DNA from: Oopsacas minuta
Lineage: Eukaryota; Animalia; Porifera
Assembly (NCBI GenBank): GCA_024704765.1
Contig: JAKMXF010000320.1
Location: 1 to 64,000, forward strand
Length of the DNA: 64,000 bases
Direction of reading: 5' to 3'
Part shown: positions 12,714 to 25,566 of the stretch, in pieces
How positions within the stretch are numbered: the stretch's first letter is position 1
Layout: the number at the start of each line of letters is the position of its first letter
Program-made: the position numbers and the translations under genes
Notes under the pieces: model-generated
Told to the model about the DNA's origin: nothing
The model's database searches: none
Seen by the model: only the letters and a program-made list of their open reading frames with translations

Positions 12714-15700
12714 TTATACATCAATAACTGGACACACCTTCTCAACTAGCCAGGTAACAATCTGCAGATGTCCCTCTTGAGCTGCGAAATAGAGAGGAGT
12801 CTCTCCATTGAGAGCTCTCGCATCGATATAAGTCTGAGAATTAACATAGTGGTTCTTAAGGTGGTTGCTAAGCCATTTTAAAGTGTCGAGCTTATTCTTC
12901 GATGCTGCCAGATGGATTGGTGTCAACCCTACACGACAATTTGTAACAGACAACAAAACATAAGTTCAGTAGTACCTGCCTAATCCGACATTCATCTTTC
13001 ATTAAAATAGGGGAAAAGAAGAGAATAATGTCAGATAAGTTAAACTTTACCCGAATAACTTTACTAATTACAACAAGGATAACGAGGTTACAGAATATTC
13101 AGGGAATTTAGTATACAAATAAACCTCCGAAAAGCAGAACCAATAGAATTTCCTATGCTGATAATACATTGTAGGGACCGAAATACACCACGAGGGGTTA
13201 CTCCCGATGATACCACTAATAGAGGTTAAGCTTTAAAAATTATCATCCGCGGAACCATGGCCTACTTAATATATGGTTATATTTGTCACCGAGAAGGCCA
13301 TAAAACGAAGAGGCCAGTTTGTAATTCCCGTTCTTGGGTAAATTATACTTTACATAACCACTAATTATACTTTATATAGGGTATTGTGCTATGGCGAATC
13401 CAACCGAACCATTTTTGTGGTTAACCAGTTTAGTCGCCATTTAATGATGACGTCAGAAATATTTATCAAAAATAGAATTTTCTTAAAACAGAATAAATAA
13501 CTTTCAATTGATACATTTGAATATTGATAGATTAAAAGGATAGAAAAACAATACTTTTTAATAATTTCAAAGATTTTTGCTCAAAAATTACTGACTTTCC
13601 GAAATTGAAAACTAAGTTTAATTACATCGAATTTCCAAGTTTGTAATTCGCATTTTTTGCTTCTACACAAAAACTTAAGCATCTTGCTCATTCAATTCAT
13701 TCATATTATACATCATATTCCACAGTGCTCTAAAGATTTTTCCATTTTGATGATGTGAATTTATACCTCAAATTCTATTTTAGTGTCCTTGTCACGTCGT
13801 CATTAAATGGCGCCTAAAACTGGTTCGATTGGATTCCCCATACCACAATACTCTATATAAAGTATAATTAATGGTATGTAAAGGAAATTAACGGGAATTA
13901 CAAACTGGTCTCTTCATTTTATGGCCTTCTCGGTGACAAACATAGCCATATATTAATTAGGCCATGTCGGTAGACAAATTTTGTAGGTTTATCTGAAATT
14001 CAAATGTGTCGGATTAGGCAGGTGCTACTGTATATCAGACAACAGAGATTAACACGGTGAATACCAGCTGTATTCTTGACGTCAGGTTGCGCGCCTGCAT
14101 CACTGATTAACCAGTCCACAACTTCTGTGTGTCCCAACTGAGCTGCCCAGTGTAAGGGTGTAGCCTGGTTCTTGTCTCTATCATGTGCTGTGCAAGCAGT
14201 GTTCTCTATCAGGAAGATTAGACTTTCAAGATTTCCTGTCCCGGCGGCGTCATGAGCAGGGCTAGCCTTGTTGTGGGCCCGGAACGCCTCTACAGGACTA
14301 CACACATCCACGATACACTGCAGGGACTGAGTCATACCTTTACGCGCAGCTACAATATACTATAATATATTACGTATAATTATAGACCTGCTATTGTGTA
14401 ATTATAAACAAACCAAAAGAATTCATTTGAGAATGTGTATCTAGTATCAAATAAATCGTTTAAAGATTATCATTATGGAGCAATGATGATTAGTATCTGT
14501 CAGTCCTATGACTCCACATATGATTCATAAATATACACTAGTACAACTGAGCTCCTATCAGCGTTCGACAAAATTAAAATTCCGTGGGTGGCTAAACATA
14601 GCCGCCACCCAAAACAGGATTTTTGGTGGCTAAAAGAAAAATCTGGTGCAAGCCACCGGCTTTGTCAAGCACTGGCTCCTATATACCTACTACTCGCAGG
14701 TTATACGTATACCATTGGAAATTGGAATACAATAGACAACCTTAATCGACTTAATCCGAATGACTCGTTAATTTTAACCTCACTAATCCGAACAAAGATT
14801 TCCCCTTGAAAGGTACATATAAATTCTGTTCGATAAATATACAGTGGAGTCTCTGAATAACGGACATGTTGAAGACATGGCTTCTGTCCGTTGTAGAGTA
14901 TTGTCCGCTCATCGGAGACTGCTTAAGTAATTATTACATGCTTGGCAAATTCAATCCGTGTAACGAGGTTTGTCCGTTGCATGGAGTTGTCCGCTTTTCG
15001 GAGACTCCACAGTAATTCGATTATTCGGATCAGTAAGAAATTTGGATACTATGGTAAAGTTCTAGAACTGTCGTAATACCCAGTCTCAGTAATTCAAAAT
15101 ATCGGATGATTTCGTCGAACACACGCATCATTAGACGGCGATATGCGTATATGGCCAATAGGTAGCGCTCTGATTATTTCGATTAGTAATTCCTATGAAA
15201 TCATGGAGTGCTTTTATTTTGTTGGATCATTTGTTAGAAATTTGGAAGTGTCATTGGTTCGGCTTTCCTGTGTTGTATTTGTTCTACTGCATTTTGGATG
15301 TAGCTAATATTGAATTATATTGAAATGTAAAGCGCATTAAAAGAGCTTAGATTTAATCTAAGCTCTTTCTAACAAATGATCTTATATTTTTCTAATTTCA
15401 AGGCACGAAGTGCCGAGTCCCATACGAACACAAAGTGTTCGCAAGCCCGAACGCGAGCAACGAAGCGGCTCGTAGATTCTGAATTCAAATAGGGCATCTT
15501 AGGCAACTCAGAATGGCTGAAATGATAATATTCGACACGCGGCAAACACAATAACAAAACATAGCGGTAGAATTACTGGGCTGGCGGCTTGTCTTTCCAC
15601 AGCAGTTTTCTAAAACTATAATCCTAAACTGTACAAATTACGCAGAAATTTCACGCCTTTGTATGTAACAAGAAAACACCTAAACTAATAACACAAAATA

Positions 15701-15932
15701 TTCAATAACAAATACCTATGTGGAGAGCAGTAGCTCCAAAACTGTCCTTAGAAACTAACCCCTCCGTCTGGAGTGAGTAGTGGAGACAAGACTCATGTCC
15801 ACTTCCAGCGGCTTCCAGCTGAGGATGCTTAGCTTTCTTACAGCTACTGCAATATCCAGAGGTGTGAGGGAACTTCACAGGCTTTATGTCTAGTTCATCC
15901 ACCAGTAATTTGTCAAAAGAGTCTAGATCCAT
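12714..15932 (-). CDS. Ankyrin-repeat protein resembling the espin/forked N-terminus. Exons 15932-15716, 14349-14065, 12928-12714 (possible donor at 12737)
   Basis: Two phase-1 GT-AG introns join ALHI-AARKG and NTA-GLTPIH in frame. The repeats SPAHDAAGTG, TPLHWAAQLGH and TPLYFAAQEGH parallel espin ankyrin repeats as recalled. Confidence 0.75.
13256..13966. mobile_element. ~710-bp foldback element in intron 2 of the ankyrin gene
   Basis: catggcctacttaatatatgg...ggccataaaacgaagaggccagtttgtaattcccg is mirrored at the right end. Arms are ~230 bp and diverged. Confidence 0.75.
14842..15012. mobile_element. Tc1/mariner(pogo)-type MITE
   Basis: TA|CAGTGGAGTCTC ... GAGACTCCACAG|TA termini with a TA TSD. 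Confidence 0.7.
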
Positions 15933-15993
15933 TCTTTAATTATAAATGTAGTTAATGGGATTACTGACTATATTCAAGACAATACGATTAGAA

Positions 15994-16226
15994 CAGGGGT
16001 AGCCAACCTGCGTCCCGCTGGTCATATGAAGCTCACGGCAACCCTCAATCGGCCCACAGAGCCTCAAAATGCATTAAACTTAGGAAAGCTTAATGTGATC
16101 ACGTTTGTATGAACTTTCAGTGGGGTAGATAATGTGGTGCAATTATGCGACCTGTTTTTTAATACACGAGGCCCGCAGAGTTATTCGAATACTCAAATGT
16201 GACCCACTGGATGCATAAGGTTGGCT
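15994..16226. mobile_element. hAT-type MITE, right end eroded
   Basis: Left end CAGGGGTAGCCAACCT with a partial inverted copy AGGTTGGCT. Confidence 0.55.
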
Positions 16227-17048
16227 GGAAATAATATCCTATTTAATTCCAAAATGGTGGTAGAGTTGGCATCTTCCTGAGTGACATTAGTTCCCATGGA
16301 AAGCACATTTTGTTCATATTAATCTTTAACCAATATCTTTTTAATAGAACTAACGCTCTATAAGTCATTATAGAGATGGAAATTTTGAAGAAATAACAAT
16401 AATGCGAACAATTAGGCAAATTTTCCCCAAATTTTCCGGAAAAAAGGTAAGAAAAAACCGATTGAAAATGAACGTCCCACATTCTTCACAATCTGAGCAT
16501 GAAAATAAAGTAAGAAGAACCCGATGTAAGAAAAACCTACTTCGACTGTAGCTGATGTCCTTATGTTATAATATAACCTTGATTAAACTGAGGTTTGGAA
16601 GCGCTCGAACTTAATATCAGTATTCATGAATAACTGTATCACAGAAAACGATTTCTGATAATTTCATGTTTAAGATAAAGAATAAGAACAATAACCAAAT
16701 ACAGTTGATATCCATTAACTCAAATGTTAAAAACTGTTTGAGAAAATGAATGTTCGTGATATCGGGAATTAATTATATTTACAGAAATCAACTGGAGGGG
16801 AAATGAAAATCGTCCGAGATGACGAATACTGACAGTATTTATATATTTCCGCAAAATAAACAGTTTCTGTCATAAAGATGTTACAAATCAGATTGTTAAC
16901 GTATTAATGGTCCATACTACAGAACTTGGCGTGATATAATCCCAACTATTAGGAAACAAATATTAACCTAGTGCTCATACACAAATAGCATCTAAATACT
17001 ATCAGATAGAACAGAGCTGCTATAAAACAATTCTACTAAATAATTCAA

Positions 17049-17384
17049 CTAGTCATCTTCTCCAAATAATCCAAATCCCATATCACCATCTGAATCGTCA
17101 GTATCTTCCTTAGCTTCCTCCTTAGCTTCAAGTTTAGAATCAGATGTAGTCACAGCCTCAGCAGGGCCTGATACTCCAGCAGCAGCTGACATACTTCCTA
17201 GCTTGCTAGAACCCTCTGCCATGACAGCTTCCAGTGATTTACCTTTCAACTGATTCACAACGTAATTAGCCTTGCTCTGATCTACATTCACTCCTACAGA
17301 GGCCAGCAGCTTCTCAATGTCTGATACAGTGGGAGAGGATTTCCCTCCTAGCACCAGTAGTAAATAGGCAGCTACGTAACGCAT
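17049..17384 (-). CDS. RPLP2: 60S acidic ribosomal protein P2 (intronless)
   Basis: N-terminus MRYVAAYLLLVLGG, an Ala-rich hinge and an acidic tail ending DMGFGLF. Confidence 0.95.
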   Translation of the reverse strand: MRYVAAYLLLVLGGKSSPTVSDIEKLLASVGVNVDQSKANYVVNQLKGKSLEAVMAEGSSKLGSMSAAAGVSGPAEAVTTSDSKLEAKEEAKEDTDDSDGDMGFGLFGEDD

Positions 17385-18777
17385 TTTGGTCTAATTGAAA
17401 CTAATAGCATTTTAGTGAATTAATGAGAATGTTTAGAAAGTTATCCAATAATAAATTACAGGTAAGTTTGGATCCGCTGAACTCTACATCATAATTTTGT
17501 CAAATGATTGAATTTACGTCCAAGAAATGAAATTGTCTGAACCTGACCAGAAATACAAACGAAAGCGAAAATTAGTCATAGATTCGATTCTTCAACCAAT
17601 TCCGTACATATAAACAAATACAGTTACAGCAACCCCTCAAAATATTCAAAATAGCTCATAGTTCCTGTCAACTGCAAACATATACAACCTGATTGATCTT
17701 TACAGTATTATCGAATATAGATACACGTAAATAATAAATAGTATATATCAGAGGCTCTGTATGTGTATACTGTATAGCAATGAGGCCGAAACTTACAAGA
17801 CGTGCTTCGACTACTAAAATCTCCGAAAACGCATCAGTTTTTCCCCTCAAGTACAACATTATGCCTTTGAATTTCGAAATTGGCTGTTAGCTACATAATG
17901 TAAGAGCCAAGAATTCGAAGAAACAAAACTGTAAATCGAAACAACGAACGACCAAAATTTCATTCCCTCGTGCCAGATCAGGTACATAATAGACATTATA
18001 GGGAGCTAATAAGATAATTAACCTTTAATGATTATATATGGAAAAGTTATTTAAATGGAAATACCTGCTCTATATATAGTACATTAAGAAGTGGTGAATA
18101 AGACTAAAAATAGAATTGATAATAATCAATTACATAATCAGACACAAATTGGAGAGCTAAAACAAATTATTCTATCAAGGATCATGAGCCTACAACGCTA
18201 TTAATTATAATACAAATTGTCCAAGAGGTCCCAATCCCATGTCTAAGCTCCTGGAGAAAGTATTAATTAACTACGTGTATAGTAGTATTTTACAGTCAGG
18301 GAAGGAATAGCAAATGTTTTGTTTTGCGGGATAAGAGATAGCGAGAGCCATCCCCTAAATGAAACCCTGATCAGTCAAATTTAACCGATTACGGCCGAAG
18401 TGTTACATTCGTAACGAAAAGGAACATTAAAAATTCACCACCTCGTTTTAAACAATTCCCACACCAAAAACGAAATTTTAGCACCTTTTTCACGTCATAA
18501 AATCGCACATTTTCCCGGCAGTTATCGGTTAAATGTGATGGGGAATAGATAAACTCAGCAATTAGAATTTATACCAAGATGTATCTTGAGCTACATGAAT
18601 CACATTCCCTAATTTACACATATTGTACAAGTATTTCTATGGACTACTCTCATATAAGTATGGTAATATCTGTGTATTTAACCTATAGAATGTGGGTAAT
18701 GTTAAAGAACAAATAGAGGGTCTTATGTCATAAATTTAAGAGATCGGGTTAACAATACAGATTTATTACAATACAAA

Positions 18778-19698
18778 TCACTTTCGCTTCTTCTCAGATT
18801 TAGCTGGCTTGAATTCGTCTTCATACTCTGTTACTGATTCCAACTCTGTTTCCCTCAATGTAGAGTGTGCTCTAGGAGGTCCTATATCAGTATTATCCGA
18901 GTCAGAATTAGAATCATTAGATTCTCCATCTGACTCCATTATACGAGACAGCACTAGCCTGGGCTGGATCAATCCTATCACAGCTTTACATAGATCTCCA
19001 GTACGGTCGTTCTGTATGTGAGTGGTTAGATTCTGAGCTATATTCAAAGCCACTACTCGTAGTTTAGCAGTTTCCAAACATTCAGGTACCATAGGACTCT
19101 GTCTGTACTGTACATAACTCAGGAAAGTCTTATGAAGGTTCTTGAGATTATCAAGAGCACACTCCAGGCCTGGATCCAACACAACCTGTCTCATATCTTC
19201 TACGAATTCAAGTATGACGTCAATAACCTCCCCTGTCTCCTCTTGAGTACTCATCTCACGGCTCTTCTTGGTGTAGGGGGCTAGTCTCTGTGGGTGTGAT
19301 AGGAACTGCATGACCTGTCTGAAATAGCACAGTCTCTGGAAGAGACGGTGATCTGGAGTTTTAAGCAACACACTATACACCTGTAGGAATTTGTGATGAC
19401 TCTTGGTATCCAGCATGTGATACAACAAGCAGTTGAGGTCCTTAGCTTCTGTGCAGATGAGAGGATCCTTCGGCACGTGACGACCCTTCTCTTCATCCCA
19501 AACTAGAAACGGAACCTCGTACTTCTTATCTTGATTTGCGAATATTACGAATATCCGCAATGCAAATGCTAACTCATTTATAGCTTGGCACTGGAAGTGT
19601 AGTGGACTGAGGAGGAAGGGGTCCGATAGATAAGTGTCGTTCTTAGGATTGCGACGTCGCAGTTTGTAAGGTTTCCCACGAACTTGAGAACGTGACAT
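18778..19698 (-). CDS. Uncharacterised 306-aa intronless protein with a basic N-terminus and an acidic/basic C-terminus
   Basis: 921-nt ATG-initiated ORF with coding-like GC against AT-rich flanks. No family recognised. Confidence 0.7.
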   Translation of the reverse strand: MSRSQVRGKPYKLRRRNPKNDTYLSDPFLLSPLHFQCQAINELAFALRIFVIFANQDKKYEVPFLVWDEEKGRHVPKDPLICTEAKDLNCLLYHMLDTKSHHKFLQVYSVLLKTPDHRLFQRLCYFRQVMQFLSHPQRLAPYTKKSREMSTQEETGEVIDVILEFVEDMRQVVLDPGLECALDNLKNLHKTFLSYVQYRQSPMVPECLETAKLRVVALNIAQNLTTHIQNDRTGDLCKAVIGLIQPRLVLSRIMESDGESNDSNSDSDNTDIGPPRAHSTLRETELESVTEYEDEFKPAKSEKKRK

Positions 19699-20479
19699 TA
19701 TGAGAACGCTAGAATAATTGAAGATCAGTTGAGTCTCGTTAATACGAACACGGTTAAGGAGTAACTGTGGATAAGGAATACAAATTTGTACACATTATCA
19801 GCCCCCTTCGATGCTTTTCGATGTAAATTAGTTCAGATAAGGAGTACGAATTTTGTCAGTCCCCTGGTGTACGTAATAACGGGAGTCTACTGTACTCATT
19901 AAAATAGCAAAGTGTATTTGTCTACTAAGCACAATGCTTTGAAATAATATTTAATCAATATTCAAGATCTATAAAAGTTGTTTACTTTAAATTAAATATC
20001 GAAACTTCCTATTGACCCAGGTCGCGTATTCGAGCACCACAATTATTTGTCATCGGATACAAATCATTGGCCCTGAGTTCTACACTTCTGCTGGTTTCAC
20101 TAGGCTTAGTGAACTACTACGGACCCTATTCAAATATACAACCCCTCGTTTGTAAACAAGAATTCTCTGCAACTTTAGCAGAATATCTTCTATCTGATAA
20201 TTTCTATAATCTAGTAACTAATTAGTTTATGAATTATAGCCAGTTTTTGTAACGATCACGAATATTGATATTTATCACACATCGTAATGTACTATCAATA
20301 TAGTTATAAATTGTTCATTTGGAATTATTTATCATTTGTATTAGCTCTATCTATATGGACGCCAAAAAACGAAGTTATTTCAGGTGCCCGAATTTAGTCC
20401 ATGATTTACCATGAACACCATTGGGTCCTTACCGATTAGAGCCTATCCTGGATGGTAGTGAGGGCCGAAAAAGTGGGAG

Positions 20480-21441
20480 ACTCAAGGCAAAGGTGATAGA
20501 GTTAGCATCTCTGCCTGTTGATCGTGTAGGTGTTTTGTAAAAATCTCTGATCCCAGCGTATTCACAACATTGACCACCGTACTTAAGAATAAGAAGAAAT
20601 CCTATATTAAACAATATTCTTGGAGTAGACAGATCCTTGTTGAATTAAAGCCTCGAAACCAAGGGTTCCCAACCTATGGTACGCGTACCCCTGGGGGTAC
20701 GCGAGAAGGTTGAGTATTTACGAATATTATTTTCAAATTTATAATTATGATACCGTGTAATTTGAAATTAATTTTTGTCAAGTAATAGACCTTTGAAATA
20801 ACAAATGAATTCATATAACTTTTACCAAAGAAGCCTTATTAGTATATTCTCAGTCAATATATAATGCTAATGAAAGTTGGAATTTACAATGGGGGGTACG
20901 CGGTGAATATCCTTTTTGCATAGTAGGACATGGGCTACAAAAGGTTGAGAACCCCTGCTCTAAACTGAACCGAATTAACCCCAACCGCTCTCAGTTCCCT
21001 CCACCATCATAATATACTTATCCAACCTCCCAAGAGAAGTCGTTTTCTCCCAAATAAAGTGTCTTAGGAGTCTTAGGAGTAGTGGTAGATGAAAAGGTAA
21101 CTTCCTTGATGTTTTGTATCTTCACTTCCCCTCTCAGTGATGACCTAGAATCTTTCATCAAATTCCTTCCTATACTCTCCCAAATATCAACAACCACAGG
21201 AATCATTCCCTGAGGTAGTTTGAGAAAGGAATAGGAATGAATTTGATGAAATAATCTATGCCATCACTGATAGTGATAGGAAAGAATGGAGCTCGACGAT
21301 TCGTATTTGTAGGAAATGTTTGGGTAGAGTCAATTTCAAGCGAGCATTTTGTCTTCAAACTCTTGAATGAGAGACAAGAAATCCTCCTCCAGATCTTTCA
21401 CATCTCTCTTCCATCGCTTCTAGATCGTGGTGTGCATTAGC
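20480..21441 (-). pseudogene. Decayed tandem duplicate of the Borealin-like gene
   Basis: Blocks match 21902-22606 (gtgtgcattagcaa, gtcttcaaactcttgaatgagaga, IKEVTFSS-TTKTPKTL). It carries stops, a ~70-bp insertion and a hAT MITE insertion. The left boundary is approximate. Confidence 0.75.
20660..20957. mobile_element. hAT MITE inserted in the Borealin-like pseudogene
   Basis: TIR CAAGGGTTCCCAACCT / AGGTTGAGAACCCCTG with an 8-bp TSD CTCGAAAC / CTCTAAAC (7 of 8 match). Confidence 0.85.
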
Positions 21442-21901
21442 AATATTTATACATATACTCTTTAAACGATTTTCGATATGATAATTAATTTATTATTAGT
21501 CGTACTGTCTTACCATGTTTTGACGTATCTTATACACTACAATAACAATATACCATCAAGTTTATACTTTGATAGAAGTCAATTGTTACCAAATAGGCTA
21601 AATCAATATTACTATCTAAGGAATTAATTATGTAGATATTTACTCGGAACATTCCTATCTCAGACCACTCAGCATAATCACCTCATAAAATGCCAAATCC
21701 GTGGCCCCAAACGGAAATTAATTGAAAATTCGTATGAAGGTGTTACACACTTAGCTTTAAATGTGTGTAATATTATCGAAAGAGAATAGCTTGAACAAAT
21801 TCAGTTATTTGTGGTTTTAATATGTCATAATCCCATAATTTGTTTTTCAAAAATTCTCCCCGTAGAAAAACCCAGTGTTCCAATTTTCAGCTCTCTATTG
21901 T

Positions 21902-22606
21902 TTATGGTCTCTTACCAGAATTCTGAAAACACACACACACACACACACATATACAAACAATTGAGTTTTTATAGTAAGGATATCGTAATGTAGTATTACG
22001 AATGTTACTATCAAATAGTTCACATGTTGATTTAATTCTACGTGATCGGGTTATCGGTCCTGTAGATTGCTTAGGTGTTTCTGTGATGTAGGAATTCAGA
22101 TTTCTACAAGAATCAGGGATTCGTACAATATTCTTGGAGCGGATAGATCCTTGCCTAATTAAAGCATCTAAATTATCATTCCCCTCCACCATCACCATAT
22201 ACTTATTCACTCTTCCAAGAGAATTTCTTTTTCCCAATTTTAATTTTAACGTCTTGGGAGTCTTTGTAGTAGGAGATGAAAAGGTCACTTCCTTGATGTT
22301 CCGTATCTTCCGTTTCCCTCTCAGCGAAGACTTAAATTCTTTCATAAGATTTTTCCTTCCTATTCCTTTCCAAACATCAACTACTTCAGGGAATGAGTTC
22401 CCCAGAGAATGGAGCTCATCCATTCGTATTTGTAGGAATTCTTTGGGTAGAGTCAATTTCAAACGAGTTATTTTGTCTTCAAACTCTTGAATGAGAGACA
22501 TGAAATCCTGCTCCAGATCTTTCATATGTCTCTCTCCCATCACTGTTAGATCATGGTGTGCATTAGCAACAAACCTTAGTCGTTCTTGTCGTGAGGCTGG
22601 TTTCAT
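21902..22606 (-). CDS. Borealin (CDCA8)-like protein. The 3' end is uncertain because the ORF runs into a (TG)n tract
   Basis: N-terminal helix ...FEDKITRLKLTLPKEFLQIRMDELHSLG resembles the Nbl1/Borealin-N motif (LPKALREM...ALGG). FDSNIRNTTLRYP resembles Borealin FDSRVFKTPGLRTP. Both comparisons are from memory. Confidence 0.6.
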   Translation of the reverse strand: MKPASRQERLRFVANAHHDLTVMGERHMKDLEQDFMSLIQEFEDKITRLKLTLPKEFLQIRMDELHSLGNSFPEVVDVWKGIGRKNLMKEFKSSLRGKRKIRNIKEVTFSSPTTKTPKTLKLKLGKRNSLGRVNKYMVMVEGNDNLDALIRQGSIRSKNIVRIPDSCRNLNSYITETPKQSTGPITRSRRIKSTCELFDSNIRNTTLRYPYYKNSIVCICVCVCVCFQNSGKRP

Positions 22607-24714
22607 TAAGACTAGCAATTCTATATTAAATTCATTTTGTCAATTTTCTTACTAGTTTGTGTCTAGAATACAGAATCGCTCTAATAACACCTATACTTAG
22701 ATAGTACGTATGTAATTTTGTGAAGAGGTAGGTGTAATCTGAGTTCTACTGCTTAATGAGAAGAATTCTTTGAAATTACATATCCAAATAGTCTACGTAG
22801 TTATTGATACCCCTCATAGTATGGTTGATACCTATATTGCTTCAATGTATCAACTCTCTGGGTTTGCCGGACAAAATCCGAAATATTTAATTAAAATTTT
22901 CAAGATGGAGCTCTAAATTTTTTACTACGTATTCATATGATGGAGAACTGTCAAAGATGCAATAAAGTAACTTCGGAAGTGTAAACGGGAAAACGTGACT
23001 TCCTGGGTATTCTTTCCCTTTAAATATATTAGTGTACCAATTTTCATGTCAATAGGACTGACAGATTTCGCAGTGCCGCGCAGACGGGCGAACGTGGTTC
23101 ATTGTCCATGTTATTAGGGCATCTCCCTATAGGAGCTGCACTAAAAATGGTATACGATGCCTACGTAATGTTCACACGATAGCCAACTATAGTAGTATGT
23201 ACAATTAAGTTAACAATACAAACTAACGTTATAGTAGACTATAAATTCAGTATGTTGGCTTACTAGAACCTAATGTGCAATGGTAACTGCCTTTAGTAAC
23301 GGAATGGATACTATTCTCATATTAGGAGTTATCATGCTAGATACGCGCATAAACACCGCAACTAGTGCGACTAGCATCCGAGGGACCTGTACCAGTTTGT
23401 ATAGAATCTACACGTGAACACAGGCTGGGAGGTTACATATAATATCATAAATGTAATAAAGGAAACACAGAGAATAGAAATATACTTGTTATAGCAGATA
23501 CTAAACACTCAATTCAAAGTTTCAAGATTTTCATACTCTCAAGTTGAATTTTAAAGAATTTCTGAATGAACTGCTTGGGGGACCTGACCCAAAAATTCTC
23601 AGTAGCTCCTCCAAAAATTATTAAATACATTGATTATACCAAGGGATAGTGGGAAACTGGATAGATTTAGAGACTGTGCCCTCCAAAATCTTGTTGCTGC
23701 TACGACCATGGCGACTCTACGAATGAACAAATTAAGGGAGGGCAATATTCTGACAGAGTAGAGATCGTGAAAAGTATCTCTACATACTCTTCAACTAATA
23801 TAATCAATTCGTATAAATAGTTGCCTTTTTGTAAGACAAATGATAATCTGAGCAGCTCACTTTATAGATTAGATCCTCAAGTTTGAAGTCTTATAAACGT
23901 TGAGAAATATTTGAGAAATCCTCAAAAGTGAGGGGGACCATTTTTATTCAATACCGTGGATATTTGTCAAAAATAGTCTCACTGGACCAATTTGTAGGGG
24001 AATCATTTTGTCAAAACAGTATGTTTAGCTAAACTTATTGGTATTTCTTATTATATCCACAATACTAGTTGTAATTGTCACAGTTGTATAGTTGAAAAAT
24101 CTCTATGAATTTAAGGACTAAAGAGTGGAAATTAATGACGAAACAGCGATCTAGTTGTATATGTTACATGTATATTAAGATAAATATCCCGCAAGGACAA
24201 CAAATTTCTAATTGTAAATTGTATTATAGTGTAAATACCAATTTTGCTAACGTCATCATTAAATGCCGCCTAAACAACTTAACCACAAATTTATGAACCT
24301 CAAAAGATGTTCCCAATGGATTCACATACCTAATAAATGTATCAGGTTGAAACCTGACCAACCGGACCCGTGGCTACGGTCCTGTAGTATAATAAGTATA
24401 GTTTGTCTAAAAATGCCAGATACAAACTGGCCTTCTCGAGAACATATCTAGCCGTATAGTAAGTAGGCCATGGTATCTTCCTCTAGCGAAGTTAAGATCG
24501 AAAATAAGAGAGGGAAGTTTCTAAGCGGAATTATTTGAATACTAGCGCTACGCTTGCTAGGACGCTGCACGACAGCTTACTACTCCGCGTTAGCTTATGT
24601 ATTGATTAAACAGCTAAAGTTTATAGAGTTATTGGTCGCGTAGCGACCAATAACTCGAGCCCATAATATATCCTCCTTTATGGAAGTAAAAAAACGTAAA
24701 CATATGAAACTATT

Positions 24715-25395
24715 TTGAGTGTGAAGTCAATAGCGAATTCCAGAAGTGAAATATGAGCACAATTTAATACTTAGTAATTCTGTCAATTCTCAATCAAATG
24801 TTTTATTTTCCACTTTGGACACATTTTGAACCTGTTTACAAGCGTATAACTCATCCAGTTTGAATCGAAACCAATTCTAGTGTCGATATTTGTAATCAGC
24901 GAAAGATTTTAAGGTCACTCGGTAGGTTTAGGACAAATTTGAGAATGGAATGGTGCCACATTCCTGTGTGCTAGGGAATAATATTACCAAACATATTCGA
25001 GTAACCACTCATACGACATAAAATCTTTAGCTGAATACGAATACCGACACTAAAAATAGGTTTCGATTCAAACTGGATGAGTTATACGCTTGTAAACACG
25101 TTCAAAATGTGTCCAATATTACACATAAAACTGATTGTGCATCAAACCACTGATCTTTGAAGAATACCTCCCCTACTGTAACTTAAAATTCTCTATGGAA
25201 ATTTTGTATCATAATTTTGAAACGTCATTGTGGCAAGAGAGGTGTAATAGTAATTATTTATTGAATGTTGGAAAAAGCACCACTCTAGACAAAGGTACTG
25301 ACAAAATTTCAGGTGAATTGATTGAGGATTGACAGGATTATTGTTAAGTTGTGCTCATATTTCACTGCTGGAATTCGCTGCTGATTTCACACTCG
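24715..25395. mobile_element. Mutator-like foldback element with long TIRs and a ~10-bp TSD
   Basis: Arms gagtgtgaagtcaatagcgaattcc / ggaattcgctgctgatttcacactc, with near-perfect inner arms. The direct repeat TGAAACTATT lies at 24705-24714 and 25396-25405. Confidence 0.75.
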
Positions 25396-25566
25396 TGAAA
25401 CTATTGATTTATAAACTTCGAATAATATACAAATAAATTCAACTTAAAGTGAAACTTCTCTGAATGTAATGCCAATAATTCTAATAATCCAAATCAACCG
25501 AAACTAGAAGAAATTATAACGAAGTGATCTATGATTGTATTTGATACTTCAATTCAGCTTCTTAAA

